DNA from: Cyanobacteria bacterium P01_A01_bin.123
GTDB lineage: Bacteria; Cyanobacteriota; Cyanobacteriia; Phormidesmidales; Phormidesmidaceae
Direction of reading: 5' to 3'
DNA length: 64,000 nt
Assembly (NCBI GenBank): GCA_039815185.1
Contig: JBCBZT010000006.1
Location: 96,001 to 160,000 of the forward strand
This document shows, in pieces, positions 31,467 through 40,181 of this stretch. The notes beneath the pieces are model-generated. The model worked only from the letters and a program-made list of their open reading frames with translations, ran no database searches and was not told the DNA's origin. Every line of letters starts with the position of its first letter. Positions within the stretch are counted from its first letter, which is position 1. Position numbers and translations under genes: made by a program.

Positions 31467-32000
31467 TTAGCGAACAGGTTCGCTCTCTCCAACACCATCG
31501 TTCATGAAGTAGGGTGGTCCCGGCAGCGCCAATTCCTGAATGATTTCGTCAAAGTAGGGAATGATAGCTGCTGCATCCGCTTCTTCTAGCAGGGCGATCG
31601 CCTCAGCTTTCAGGCAGCGCATATACTGCAAAATATTGGCTAGAGGAATGCCGACATTGTTGTAGAGCTCCTTCATCCCCACGAGGCCAATGTCTCGTAG
31701 GGGGCGATCGTTACCCGCCAGTAGACAATAGCTAATGAGACGCACATACCAACCCATATCCCGTTTAGCCGCCTCGGTCTTACGACGGTTGCCGCTATTG
31801 CTTGGGGTTTTGGGGCAAATCTGCCAGAATTTGCGCGTGCCTCGATCCACAATGGTTTGAGCCTGCTGCTCTAAAGCCTGGGCTAGCCGAATCCGCTCGG
31901 CTCCGGTTTTACAGAAAGTGCGAATCATCCGCAGTTCCCCAGGGGTGGGGTAGCGCACTTCTTCATCGGCGTTGAGAATAACCTGTTTAACGATGCTCAT
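31467..32000 (-). CDS. apcD3: FRL allophycocyanin alpha-type subunit ApcD3
   Basis: Phycobiliprotein fold lacking the chromophore Cys (KTEAAKRD versus TASCQRD in its paralogue); last apc gene of the operon. Confidence 0.88.
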   Translation of the reverse strand: MSIVKQVILNADEEVRYPTPGELRMIRTFCKTGAERIRLAQALEQQAQTIVDRGTRKFWQICPKTPSNSGNRRKTEAAKRDMGWYVRLISYCLLAGNDRPLRDIGLVGMKELYNNVGIPLANILQYMRCLKAEAIALLEEADAAAIIPYFDEIIQELALPGPPYFMNDGVGESEPVR

Positions 32001-32179
32001 GATTTTGGGGCTTTGTAGATGTGTACGCCTCCGAACCAGCCAATGTGGATCCGATAGTCCAGTGGGTTAAAGGACTGATAGAGCGGCATGGGCCGTTTCT
32101 GTTGGCGGGGTTCTGGGAGGGTTGCCCCCCTCGTTAGATCAGATGTACAAGGGGGCTTCACAAAAAGGTTTTGACTCAT
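31997..32179 (-). CDS. Small hypothetical protein between apcE2 and apcD3
   Basis: 60 aa, ATG start; its TGA overlaps the apcD3 ATG (ATGA); fills the intergenic gap in operon orientation. Confidence 0.5.
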   Translation of the reverse strand: MSQNLFVKPPCTSDLTRGATLPEPRQQKRPMPLYQSFNPLDYRIHIGWFGGVHIYKAPKS

Positions 32180-32269
32180 CTTTCATGGGGTTGATTGGAT
32201 GGATTCACTCAATTGGCCACATGGAATGAGCGTTTTGGTTTCGCCTCCCATTTGCCTATCCCGCGTGAC

Positions 32270-34684
32270 TCAAGTTTGAGAACTGGTCTCAGTCTGAGGA
32301 ATACTTGCTGCTGGGGCAGTTTGCCCAGCAGGCGTAGCCGTTTCTGCATGGGTATCACCAGCGTTGTCGCTATGACCCGTCACCTTCTCCCGGGGTGGAT
32401 TTAATGACTGGGGTTGTTGCGGTTGAGCTTGATTGGTGACTGGCAACTGTGTCTGAGTCAGCCAGGGTGGCTCCATCACTGCGACGCCTCCAGCAGCACC
32501 AGAGGCAGGATAGGGACGACTTTGCATCCATTCACCCGCAGTGGCTGGGTTGTGTCTCGGTTTTGACCAGGCGACGGGGCCTTGGGGCGATCGCAGGGCG
32601 AACCCACGCGGCGTCAGGTAACGCTCATAGGGCACTGTATCTTCCCCAAATTCCGCTTGGTATTCGGCACTGTCTATCACCGCATCGACCAGGGCATAAA
32701 ACCCTTGGTGGGCACAGATATCGTAGTACCGACCCATTTCCCGGCGTCCGTAGGTGGGTCGCCCCAGCAGTCGGCGATGAATGCACTCAATCGCCTTAGT
32801 GATGTAAAGCTCTTCCCAATACATCCGGCGAAACTCACGAGACTTGGCCAGTTGACGGACAAACTCTTGCAGGGTGATACTGCCTGCTTTGAGTTGTGTC
32901 TCAGCTACCCCCTGGCGCTGACTGTCAAATACCTCACGCCCCAATACCTGACGATAGGCTGCCTGAATGACAGCTTCAGGCGAGTGGTTGGTCAGGTTCA
33001 TGCTGGGCTGGAGTCGTTGATCCATAGCGGGTTGGACGGATCGACCATTCTGACTCAAGTTACCGGTGTGATTCGGGTTAGACTCCCATCTCAGCACATG
33101 CTTTTCTGGAGAACCGGGGACTCTACCCAGGTATGCCGTGTCCTGACCGTTGCCATTGAAACCGCTGTGGCCGTTGCCAGCGCCACTGCTAATCAAAATT
33201 CGGCGGCTGTCTTCACTAAAGTGGGCAGGTTGGGCCTTGGGGTCACGCGTTTCCTGCGGGAAAATCGCGCCGAACTGAATTTCTAACGGATCATTACCGA
33301 CGCCGTAGGGATGTTGATTGGGTAGGGGCTGCTGATACCCAGCAAAGGTCGTGACAAACTGAGGGACTTTGCGCACCGGCGCACTGTACTTGAATAAATC
33401 AAGCTGCGGTCCCCAGTTGCGGGATTCCTGTGCTTCTAACCCTAAGCCCCTGAGGTAGGGGACCGTTTCTTCGCCAAAGTAGTCGGCATATTCCTGGGAG
33501 TCGATGAAGGTGTCTACCAAAGCTGGAAATCCCTCGATAGACATGACCTCAAAATAGGTCTGAAACTCTTCCATGCAGCTCAACCCCCGCCCCAAAAAGT
33601 GACGACAGGCCAGCTCGATACTGCGGCTGATCGTATAGGGTTCGTAATAGAGCTTTCGGTAAAGCCGCGATTTGCCCAACTGGCGGATAAACGCTTTCAT
33701 CGACCAAAGGCCACTTTTGAGCTGGGAGGCTAACGCCGCTACAGCATCCCCATAGGGATGGGTAATATCGCGTTCAAAGACCTGTCGATAGGCAGCTCGA
33801 ATGACTTCATCTTTTTCGATATCGGGCAAGTCAGGCTTCATCACCCAGCGCAGTTTAGGATTAGCGCTGTCCCCATAGCTTTGGGGCAGCTGTAAACCCG
33901 GGTGGTGCTTTGAAACGCCCATTCGTAGTCGATCGGAAGGCTTTTCGACGCAGTAATCAGCAATCAGCACGTCGAAATATCGTTTTACTAGCGCCGCTGC
34001 CGCCTCAGATGGAAAGCTCTGACTTGCTTTCCACTTCATTTCCCGCAGAGCAACCACGGTGGCAAGGGTGATGTCTTCTGGCATGACGCCCCGCAAGCCC
34101 CGCGTGTTGACACTGATGATGCTGGTATCCCCAGCCACGATCGCATAGGTCACATACCGCAAAAACCAGCTCAGATCCCGCAAAGAGCGCTTCATGCGAA
34201 CGTTGCCATAGCGAGAGATGTCAATGGCGCGAAAATTGCTGGGGACAGCGGGTTTCCCCCCAGCGATTAGTCCTTTGAACCACTCGCCGATGCTGTTGCC
34301 CGGATCGATGTAACGGGGGCGATCGCGAGCAGCCACTCGCTCTCGTTTTTGTTTCGTGGCGGCAGAGAGATAGTCTTCGCCCACGTAATATCCTGAACCG
34401 GGTAATCCTAAAGGGTCTTCGGGGCGCTCCAGGTAAATCATGGGGTTGCCCCCTACAAAGATGCGGTTCGCACCAGCAGCTACAATTTTGTCGGCTTGTT
34501 GAGTTAAGGTCTGGGCAATCTCCAACCGCCTCAACCCAGAGCCAAAGAAGGCTAAGAGTTCTTTCGCCTCACTTTGACTCGGGTAGCGATCGCGCTGCTG
34601 GGCACCGATAATCACGGCAGTGGGCACCGTGTGATATTGCTGCGGATGGACGACTGGGCTACCCCCATTAATCTGATCAGTCAT
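32270..34684 (-). CDS. apcE2: FRL core-membrane linker ApcE2
   Basis: GLRGVMPEDI in place of the ENACS chromophore-Cys motif of ApcE1; two REP linker domains. Confidence 0.95.
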   Translation of the reverse strand: MTDQINGGSPVVHPQQYHTVPTAVIIGAQQRDRYPSQSEAKELLAFFGSGLRRLEIAQTLTQQADKIVAAGANRIFVGGNPMIYLERPEDPLGLPGSGYYVGEDYLSAATKQKRERVAARDRPRYIDPGNSIGEWFKGLIAGGKPAVPSNFRAIDISRYGNVRMKRSLRDLSWFLRYVTYAIVAGDTSIISVNTRGLRGVMPEDITLATVVALREMKWKASQSFPSEAAAALVKRYFDVLIADYCVEKPSDRLRMGVSKHHPGLQLPQSYGDSANPKLRWVMKPDLPDIEKDEVIRAAYRQVFERDITHPYGDAVAALASQLKSGLWSMKAFIRQLGKSRLYRKLYYEPYTISRSIELACRHFLGRGLSCMEEFQTYFEVMSIEGFPALVDTFIDSQEYADYFGEETVPYLRGLGLEAQESRNWGPQLDLFKYSAPVRKVPQFVTTFAGYQQPLPNQHPYGVGNDPLEIQFGAIFPQETRDPKAQPAHFSEDSRRILISSGAGNGHSGFNGNGQDTAYLGRVPGSPEKHVLRWESNPNHTGNLSQNGRSVQPAMDQRLQPSMNLTNHSPEAVIQAAYRQVLGREVFDSQRQGVAETQLKAGSITLQEFVRQLAKSREFRRMYWEELYITKAIECIHRRLLGRPTYGRREMGRYYDICAHQGFYALVDAVIDSAEYQAEFGEDTVPYERYLTPRGFALRSPQGPVAWSKPRHNPATAGEWMQSRPYPASGAAGGVAVMEPPWLTQTQLPVTNQAQPQQPQSLNPPREKVTGHSDNAGDTHAETATPAGQTAPAASIPQTETSSQT

Positions 34685-34716
34685 TTCGTTTCACAAGCTC
34701 CAAATCTAAAACTTCA

Positions 34717-35196
34717 CTAGGGCATCAGCCCCTGAATCAGATAGTCAAAGTAGGGAGCAACCTCCGCCCCATCCTCTAGACTCAGCAGTTCTAGGGTGAC
34801 TTCTTTAAGGCAGCGCATACACTCCGCTACATTCCTGAGGGGAATTTCTAGGGAGAGGTACATCGCTTTGACGCCCCTCACACCGCTGACCTGAAGCGGG
34901 TCGATATCACCGACCACAACCGCATAGGAAATCAAACGGATAAACCAACCCTGATCCCGTAAGCAAGAAGCCCGAAAGGTCGGGTTGCCGCTATTGCTAG
35001 GCGTGATTGGACAACGCTGCCAAAATCGCTGGCTACCTTTTTCAACGATGGTCTGTACATTGGCGCTCAGGACTGAGGCAATCCGCAGCCGTTGTTGTCC
35101 ATCTTCGAAGAAGAAGCCAATGGCATCTAGCTCCCCACGACTGAGATAACGAGCCTCGCGATCGGCATTGGCGATCACTTGGGTAATGATGCTCAT
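34717..35196 (-). CDS. apcD2: FRL allophycocyanin ApcD2
   Basis: FWQRCPITPSNSGN...SCLRDQGW; positioned between apcB2 and apcE2. Confidence 0.85.
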   Translation of the reverse strand: MSIITQVIANADREARYLSRGELDAIGFFFEDGQQRLRIASVLSANVQTIVEKGSQRFWQRCPITPSNSGNPTFRASCLRDQGWFIRLISYAVVVGDIDPLQVSGVRGVKAMYLSLEIPLRNVAECMRCLKEVTLELLSLEDGAEVAPYFDYLIQGLMP

Positions 35197-35245
35197 AGTA
35201 GATAACGTGCTTAATTTAGAGAACGGAAATTGTTGAGGGCGATCG

Positions 35246-35731
35246 CTAACTCAGTCCCGAGCAAATGTGGTCAAAGCAAGCTCCCATTTCTCGACCCGCA
35301 TCGGCTCCCAACATCTCGTCAACGACCTCCTTCATCGACTGCACAGAACGTACTGTCGCACCGACTGGAACTCCAAGAGAGTTGTAAGTTTCTTTGAGGC
35401 CGTTGAGCACCCGTTCATCCAAAATCGACGGGTCGCCTGCCAGCATGGCGTAGGTGGCATAGCGCAAGAAATATTCCATATCGCGAACGCAAGCGGCATA
35501 GCGACGGCAGGTATACATGTTGCCCCCAGGGGCAGTGATGTCGGTATAGAGCAGTGATTTGGCAATGGTCTTAGTCACAATTGTGGAGGCATTAGCACTA
35601 ATATTCATGGCTGCCTTAGCCCGCAGATCGCCACTCCGAAAATAGTTTTGCAAATTGTTCAATGAGGCATCGTCTAAGTATTTCCCACGTGCATCGGAGG
35701 AATTGATCAGCGTGGTAATTGCATCTTGCAT
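35246..35731 (-). CDS. apcB2: FRL allophycocyanin beta ApcB2
   Basis: [10 protein letters not shown]...[17 protein letters not shown]...[22 protein letters not shown]. Confidence 0.92.
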   Translation of the reverse strand: MQDAITTLINSSDARGKYLDDASLNNLQNYFRSGDLRAKAAMNISANASTIVTKTIAKSLLYTDITAPGGNMYTCRRYAACVRDMEYFLRYATYAMLAGDPSILDERVLNGLKETYNSLGVPVGATVRSVQSMKEVVDEMLGADAGREMGACFDHICSGLS

Positions 35732-35925
35732 GTCTGTTCTCCTAATAAAGCAGTAATAAATTGAGGTAAGGTTTAGCCACTTAATGCAGGGCATTGTCCT
35801 GAGGATAAAATTCAGGAGCCTGAATCCAATCCCTTAATGACTGCTGTCTACTGATTTTTTTTTACCGGGCAGGCTTTTTCTGCTGACGTCGATACCCGGA
35901 TTGAGTGGTGAAAACTAGATGCTCA

Positions 35926-36402
35926 CTAGGACAGTGAATGAATAATTAAATCAAAGTATGGCGCTACTTCTTGAGCATCTTCTCCGCTCAGAACTGCCAT
36001 CGCTTCTTCCTTTAAACAGCGCATGCACTCTGCAATATTCCGGATCGGAATTTCGAGATTGTTGTACATCTCTTTAATCCCTACGGTGCCGATTTCTTCT
36101 AGGGGACGCTCACTCCCAGCCAATATAGAATAGGCAATTAAGCGCACATACCAACCTTGATCACGCTGACAAGAAGCTGTTTTGCGATCGTTACCGCTGT
36201 TACTCGGGGTATTTGGGCAGCGCTCCCAGAAGCGCTGACTGCCGTTTTTAACAATCCGCTGTTCATTATCTGCCAAGGCTTTAGCGATACGAATGCGTTG
36301 TTCTCCCGTTTTGACAAAATCTTGAAAAATTCGGAGCTCTTTTGGAGCAGGATAGCGAGCTTCACTGTCTGCGCTAAGAATGAGTTCTGTAACCAAGCTC
36401 AT
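35926..36402 (-). CDS. apcD5: FRL allophycocyanin ApcD5
   Basis: MSLVTELILSADSEARYP...FWERCPNTPSNSG...TASCQRDQGW; first gene of the apc operon. Confidence 0.85.
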   Translation of the reverse strand: MSLVTELILSADSEARYPAPKELRIFQDFVKTGEQRIRIAKALADNEQRIVKNGSQRFWERCPNTPSNSGNDRKTASCQRDQGWYVRLIAYSILAGSERPLEEIGTVGIKEMYNNLEIPIRNIAECMRCLKEEAMAVLSGEDAQEVAPYFDLIIHSLS

Positions 36403-36816
36403 TGTGATTTCTCCCTATTTAAAGTGTGATGTAATTAATCAACTTGGACGGATATATCTTTGAACTGACGGGAAGCAGGGCTATAGAAGCCATTACCCCC
36501 ATCAGTCGTCATAGATAAGAGATCCTGCTAGATCCCTTCAAACTCCTAACTGGGCCCCTTTTGACTGCTTAAAAAATGCACTCGTTTCAGCGGGTTAAGG
36601 CATCTTTTATCAATTAAGGTTTGAAAGAAGATTAAACAATAAAAATGAAGAACCTATGAAAGTATGAAAACAGCTTCACGAAAGTTTATGGACTACTGCG
36701 GACACACTACTTCTTCACCGGTTCTTCAGCTTTTTTTGGTTGAATTCAGATCGTAGGTTGGCAACCTTCGTCCAATCTGCGATCTAAATTCAACCGGGAT
36801 GAACTTGAATAAGACT

Positions 36817-37647
36817 ATGAAATATCGCGCTTTAATCGCTGTTTTTTTTGCCCTGTGCGTTGGCTTATTGATGGCTTGTAGCAGTGGCCCAAACGCGGCA
36901 AACGGTACGCTCAGCTATGAAGCTATCAAAGGGAGCGGGCTGGCCAACAACTGCCCACAGCTTTTAGAAAGTAGTCTAGATGCGATCGCCATCGAGTCTA
37001 GTCAGTCCTATCAACTGAAGGAGCTGTGTCTACAACCCGAGGCTTTTTTGGTGCGGCGATCGCCCTTGGTCAAACGCCAAGAGAGCAAATTTGTACTGAC
37101 TAAGCCTCTGACCCGCGAGAGTTTCAGCCTTGATCAAGTTAGCGGTTCCTTGCAGGTTGGTGCTGACGGTAGTCTGACTTTCGTCGAGCAAGGGGGCTTT
37201 GACTTTCAGCCCGTGACTGTGCAGCTCCCCGATGGAGAACGGGTGCCGCTGCTGTTTACTGTTAAAGGTTTGGTCGCCAAAACCCAGGATGCCGTTACAC
37301 AGCTCAGTTCTGCGACGCGTCTGGTGGGCGATTTTCAGGTACCGCCTTACCGTACGTCAAGCTTTATTGATCCCAAAGGTCGAGGATTAGCGGTGGGTTA
37401 CGACGCAGCAGTTGGGTTGCCGCCTCAAGCTGATAGCGAAGAATTTACTCGGCAAAATATCAAGACTTTTGACGTTGGGCAGGGTCGCATTTCATTCCAG
37501 ATTAGTCGGGTTAATCAGGCAACGGGAGAATTTGTAGGCTTATTTGAAAGTGAACAGCCTTCTGATACTGACTTTGGGTCGAAGGAAGCTATGGACGTCA
37601 AAATTCGGGGGCAGTTTTACGGTCGCATTGAGCAGATGGTGGCCTAA
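36817..37647 (+). CDS. psbO2: PsbO paralogue (manganese-stabilising protein) in the FaRLiP cluster
   Basis: [55 protein letters not shown]. Confidence 0.9.
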   Translation: MKYRALIAVFFALCVGLLMACSSGPNAANGTLSYEAIKGSGLANNCPQLLESSLDAIAIESSQSYQLKELCLQPEAFLVRRSPLVKRQESKFVLTKPLTRESFSLDQVSGSLQVGADGSLTFVEQGGFDFQPVTVQLPDGERVPLLFTVKGLVAKTQDAVTQLSSATRLVGDFQVPPYRTSSFIDPKGRGLAVGYDAAVGLPPQADSEEFTRQNIKTFDVGQGRISFQISRVNQATGEFVGLFESEQPSDTDFGSKEAMDVKIRGQFYGRIEQMVA

Positions 37648-37685
37648 GCCATAGGGTATCAGCAATTTTTAGCCGGAGGTTTTTC

Positions 37686-37820
37686 ATGACCGATTTTAAC
37701 CGCGACCCAGAAATCACCTATCCTATTTTCACCATCAGGTGGTTAGCAATCCACACGCTGGCGATTCCAACCATATTCTTCTTAGGTGCGATCGCAGCAA
37801 TGCAGTTTATTCAACGCTAA
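37686..37820 (+). CDS. psbF2: Cytochrome b559 beta subunit paralogue
   Basis: Hand translation [52 protein letters not shown]; heme-ligand His retained. Not in the ORF track. Confidence 0.95.
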   Translation: MTDFNRDPEITYPIFTIRWLAIHTLAIPTIFFLGAIAAMQFIQR

Positions 37821-37850
37821 GTCTGCAACGGGCTTAGGCTAATAATCGTT

Positions 37851-38027
37851 ATGGAAATACTAACCAAGTTAAGCTTAGAACAAGAATTTGAGCTGCAAAT
37901 CTTGAGAGAGCAAGTCAAAGATCTATCCCTTGATCAAGCGCAAAACTATGTCGTCGAAGTTGTCCGCCAAATGATGCTCAAAGATAATCTGTTTAAGCAT
38001 TTACTCAAGACTGCTCATACCAGTTAA
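37851..38027 (+). CDS. nblA: Phycobilisome degradation adaptor NblA
   Basis: Hand translation MEILTKLSLEQEFELQILREQVKDLSLDQAQNYVVEVVRQMMLKDNLFKHLLKTAHTS*, matching the LSLEQ.F...S.EQAQ...QMM.KDN NblA pattern. Confidence 0.9.
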   Translation: MEILTKLSLEQEFELQILREQVKDLSLDQAQNYVVEVVRQMMLKDNLFKHLLKTAHTS

Positions 38028-38036
38028 ATAATCAGC

Positions 38037-38068
38037 AAACCCCCAGCACAGAAAAAGTCTGGGGGTTT
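38037..38068. terminator. Hairpin between convergent nblA and psbV2
   Basis: AAACCCCCAG...CTGGGGGTTT. Confidence 0.65.
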
Positions 38069-38079
38069 AAGATGAAACG

Positions 38080-38592
38080 CTATCGATTTGGTTTACCTCC
38101 GGCCCACTGATCACCAATAATCTTAGGCTGAACCAAAATATAACCTGCGATCGCGGTTAAGTCTTCCTCAGTTAAGTCGCGCATTTTAGGAAACAGATCG
38201 GTATTTTGTGTGGATGGATGCAATTCTGTCAAAGACACCGCACCATCGTAGGTCATGGGGTTATTCAGATAATCCACTACATCTTCTATGGTGTCGCGCG
38301 GTGGTGTTGCTAGCATCAAGGTTTGAGGGCCTAAATCTACATCGGGGTTAGTTTTAGTGCCACCGTCTAAATGGCATTGAGCACAGCTCCCGTTAAATTT
38401 GCGCTGGCCAACCGCGAGTTGCTTTGTGGTTAACGTAATTTGTTCTCCAGCAGCATTCAGTGGCACGGTTCGGATGACGGGATCAATTTCGACGGCGATC
38501 GCATTGTCTACCCATAGGCCTATCGAAATTAAAACTACAAAAGCAGAGCCGACTATCAGCTTAATTAATATCCTGTTGAACAATCTCATCAT
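38080..38592 (-). CDS. psbV2: Cytochrome c550 (PsbV) paralogue in the FaRLiP cluster
   Basis: CAQCH, GGTKTNP, ATPPRD, ELHPS (distal His), FPKMRDL. Confidence 0.88.
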   Translation of the reverse strand: MMRLFNRILIKLIVGSAFVVLISIGLWVDNAIAVEIDPVIRTVPLNAAGEQITLTTKQLAVGQRKFNGSCAQCHLDGGTKTNPDVDLGPQTLMLATPPRDTIEDVVDYLNNPMTYDGAVSLTELHPSTQNTDLFPKMRDLTEEDLTAIAGYILVQPKIIGDQWAGGKPNR

Positions 38593-38939
38593 TTCAGTGG
38601 TCTCCAAAAACTGCTTAACTAACAGTTTGAAAGTACCATATTTTCTATTTTTAATTCATTGATAGTACATTTTTTGAATTATCAAATATCTGCTCATAAT
38701 GAGCCAATTCGCCTACAGCCAAGTCGGACTGTAACTTTTCCTGAAGGGCTCTATCATCTTCATGGGTTTTTCATTTTTATTCCTTACGCTGACTTTATTA
38801 ATCCAGGTGGCAGATTGCGCTCTATCCTGTCACCGTGATGCTTGACTCTCCGGGAAAGAGAAGCAGGTGATTTTCAAACGCTAGAAAAAATTCATATTCC
38901 AAAAATGTGTCACAGTTCAGTTAAGAGAGGAGCTTTAAG

Positions 38940-40124
38940 ATGAAACAGTTTGGTAGAGCGATCGCCCTTAATCGTCCTGACCAACTGCCTGATCCACTCC
39001 CCGTGATCGACATTGAAACCTCTATCACTGACGAGATCATTTCAGCAGAATCTGTCTCGCTTTGGGAACGGTTTTGCCGATGGGTAACCAGCACGGATAA
39101 TCGTATCTATGTTGGCTGGTTTGGGATGATTATGTTTCCGACGCTCTCAACGGCTGCCATCGTCTTTGTGTTGGCATTCATCGCAGCTCCTGCGGTAGAT
39201 ATGGACGGCACTGGCAGAGCAATTTCAGGGGCGCTGCTCGATGGCAATAATCTAATTACGGCAGCCGTTGTACCCTCATCAGCAGCGATCGGGTTGCATT
39301 TCTACCCAATTTGGGAAGCTGCGTCTTTAGAGGAATGGCTAATCAATGGAGGTCCATATCAGTTAATTGTGCTGCATTTCATTATCGGCATTATTAGCTA
39401 TCAAGATCGAGAGTGGGAATTGAGCTATCGCCTAGGGATGCGTCCCTGGATTTCGCTTACATTTACAGCGCCTGTCGCGGCAGCAGTTTCGGTCTTGTTG
39501 ATTTACCCTGTGGGCCAGGGCAGTTTTGCCTCAGGCATGCCGCTTGGCATCTCGGGGACTTTTACCTTCATGTTGCATTTTCAGGCCGATCACAACATTT
39601 TGGCTAATCCGTTTCATCAGCTTGGTGTGATGGGTGTATTCGGCGGCTCCTTGTTATGTGCAGCGCATGGTTCTTTGGTAACTTCAGCTTTAATTCGACA
39701 TCCGGAAAATGCTTCAAGCGGGTTGAAACACTCTGATTTAAAGCCAGCCAGAAAAAACTATAGTTTTGAGCATATTCAATCCTATCAGCAGAAGCTATTC
39801 TGGCGAGGCTTTACTTTTAAGACATCTCGATCTGTACATTTCTTTCTGGCCGCAATTCCTGTTGCTGGTATTTGGTCAGCAGCATTGGGGATTGATATGG
39901 CTGCCTTTGGTTTCGATCGGTTTTCGTTGAATCGATCAGCCAGTAGCTATTTTCAAAAGACGGCGGTTCCCACCTGGGCCGATATTGTAACTGAGGCCAA
40001 TACGGGAATTAAAGCACTTGAAAATACCCGTGAAACAAGATTTCCAATTTTTCTTGAAACCGTAGAGGCTGACGGCGAAATAAACATGCTGTCAACCACA
40101 TTATCAGACCGCGATCGCGCTTAA
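38940..40124 (+). CDS. chlF: Chlorophyll f synthase (super-rogue D1, PsbA4)
   Basis: D1 homologue lacking Mn ligands: GSFASG for GSFSDG, QADHN for QAEHN, and no [14 protein letters not shown]-terminus. Confidence 0.93.
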   Translation: MKQFGRAIALNRPDQLPDPLPVIDIETSITDEIISAESVSLWERFCRWVTSTDNRIYVGWFGMIMFPTLSTAAIVFVLAFIAAPAVDMDGTGRAISGALLDGNNLITAAVVPSSAAIGLHFYPIWEAASLEEWLINGGPYQLIVLHFIIGIISYQDREWELSYRLGMRPWISLTFTAPVAAAVSVLLIYPVGQGSFASGMPLGISGTFTFMLHFQADHNILANPFHQLGVMGVFGGSLLCAAHGSLVTSALIRHPENASSGLKHSDLKPARKNYSFEHIQSYQQKLFWRGFTFKTSRSVHFFLAAIPVAGIWSAALGIDMAAFGFDRFSLNRSASSYFQKTAVPTWADIVTEANTGIKALENTRETRFPIFLETVEADGEINMLSTTLSDRDRA

Positions 40125-40181
40125 TTAGATGAAATCAGCGCGATCGACTGATTTATTTTTTAGTAAAAAAGGAGGTTTTTG

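Noticed and set aside
32582..33286. 234-aa plus-strand ORF, and the many other ORF-track entries overlapping psb, psa, apc and peptidase genes
   Set aside because: Antisense or off-frame shadows of well-supported genes.
31467..34684. Missing chromophore cysteines in ApcD3 and ApcE2 as a novelty
   Set aside because: Established feature of the FaRLiP subunits, which bind the bilin non-covalently.
38940..40124. Second psbA as a degraded pseudogene
   Set aside because: The frame is intact and loss of Mn ligands is the expected ChlF signature.
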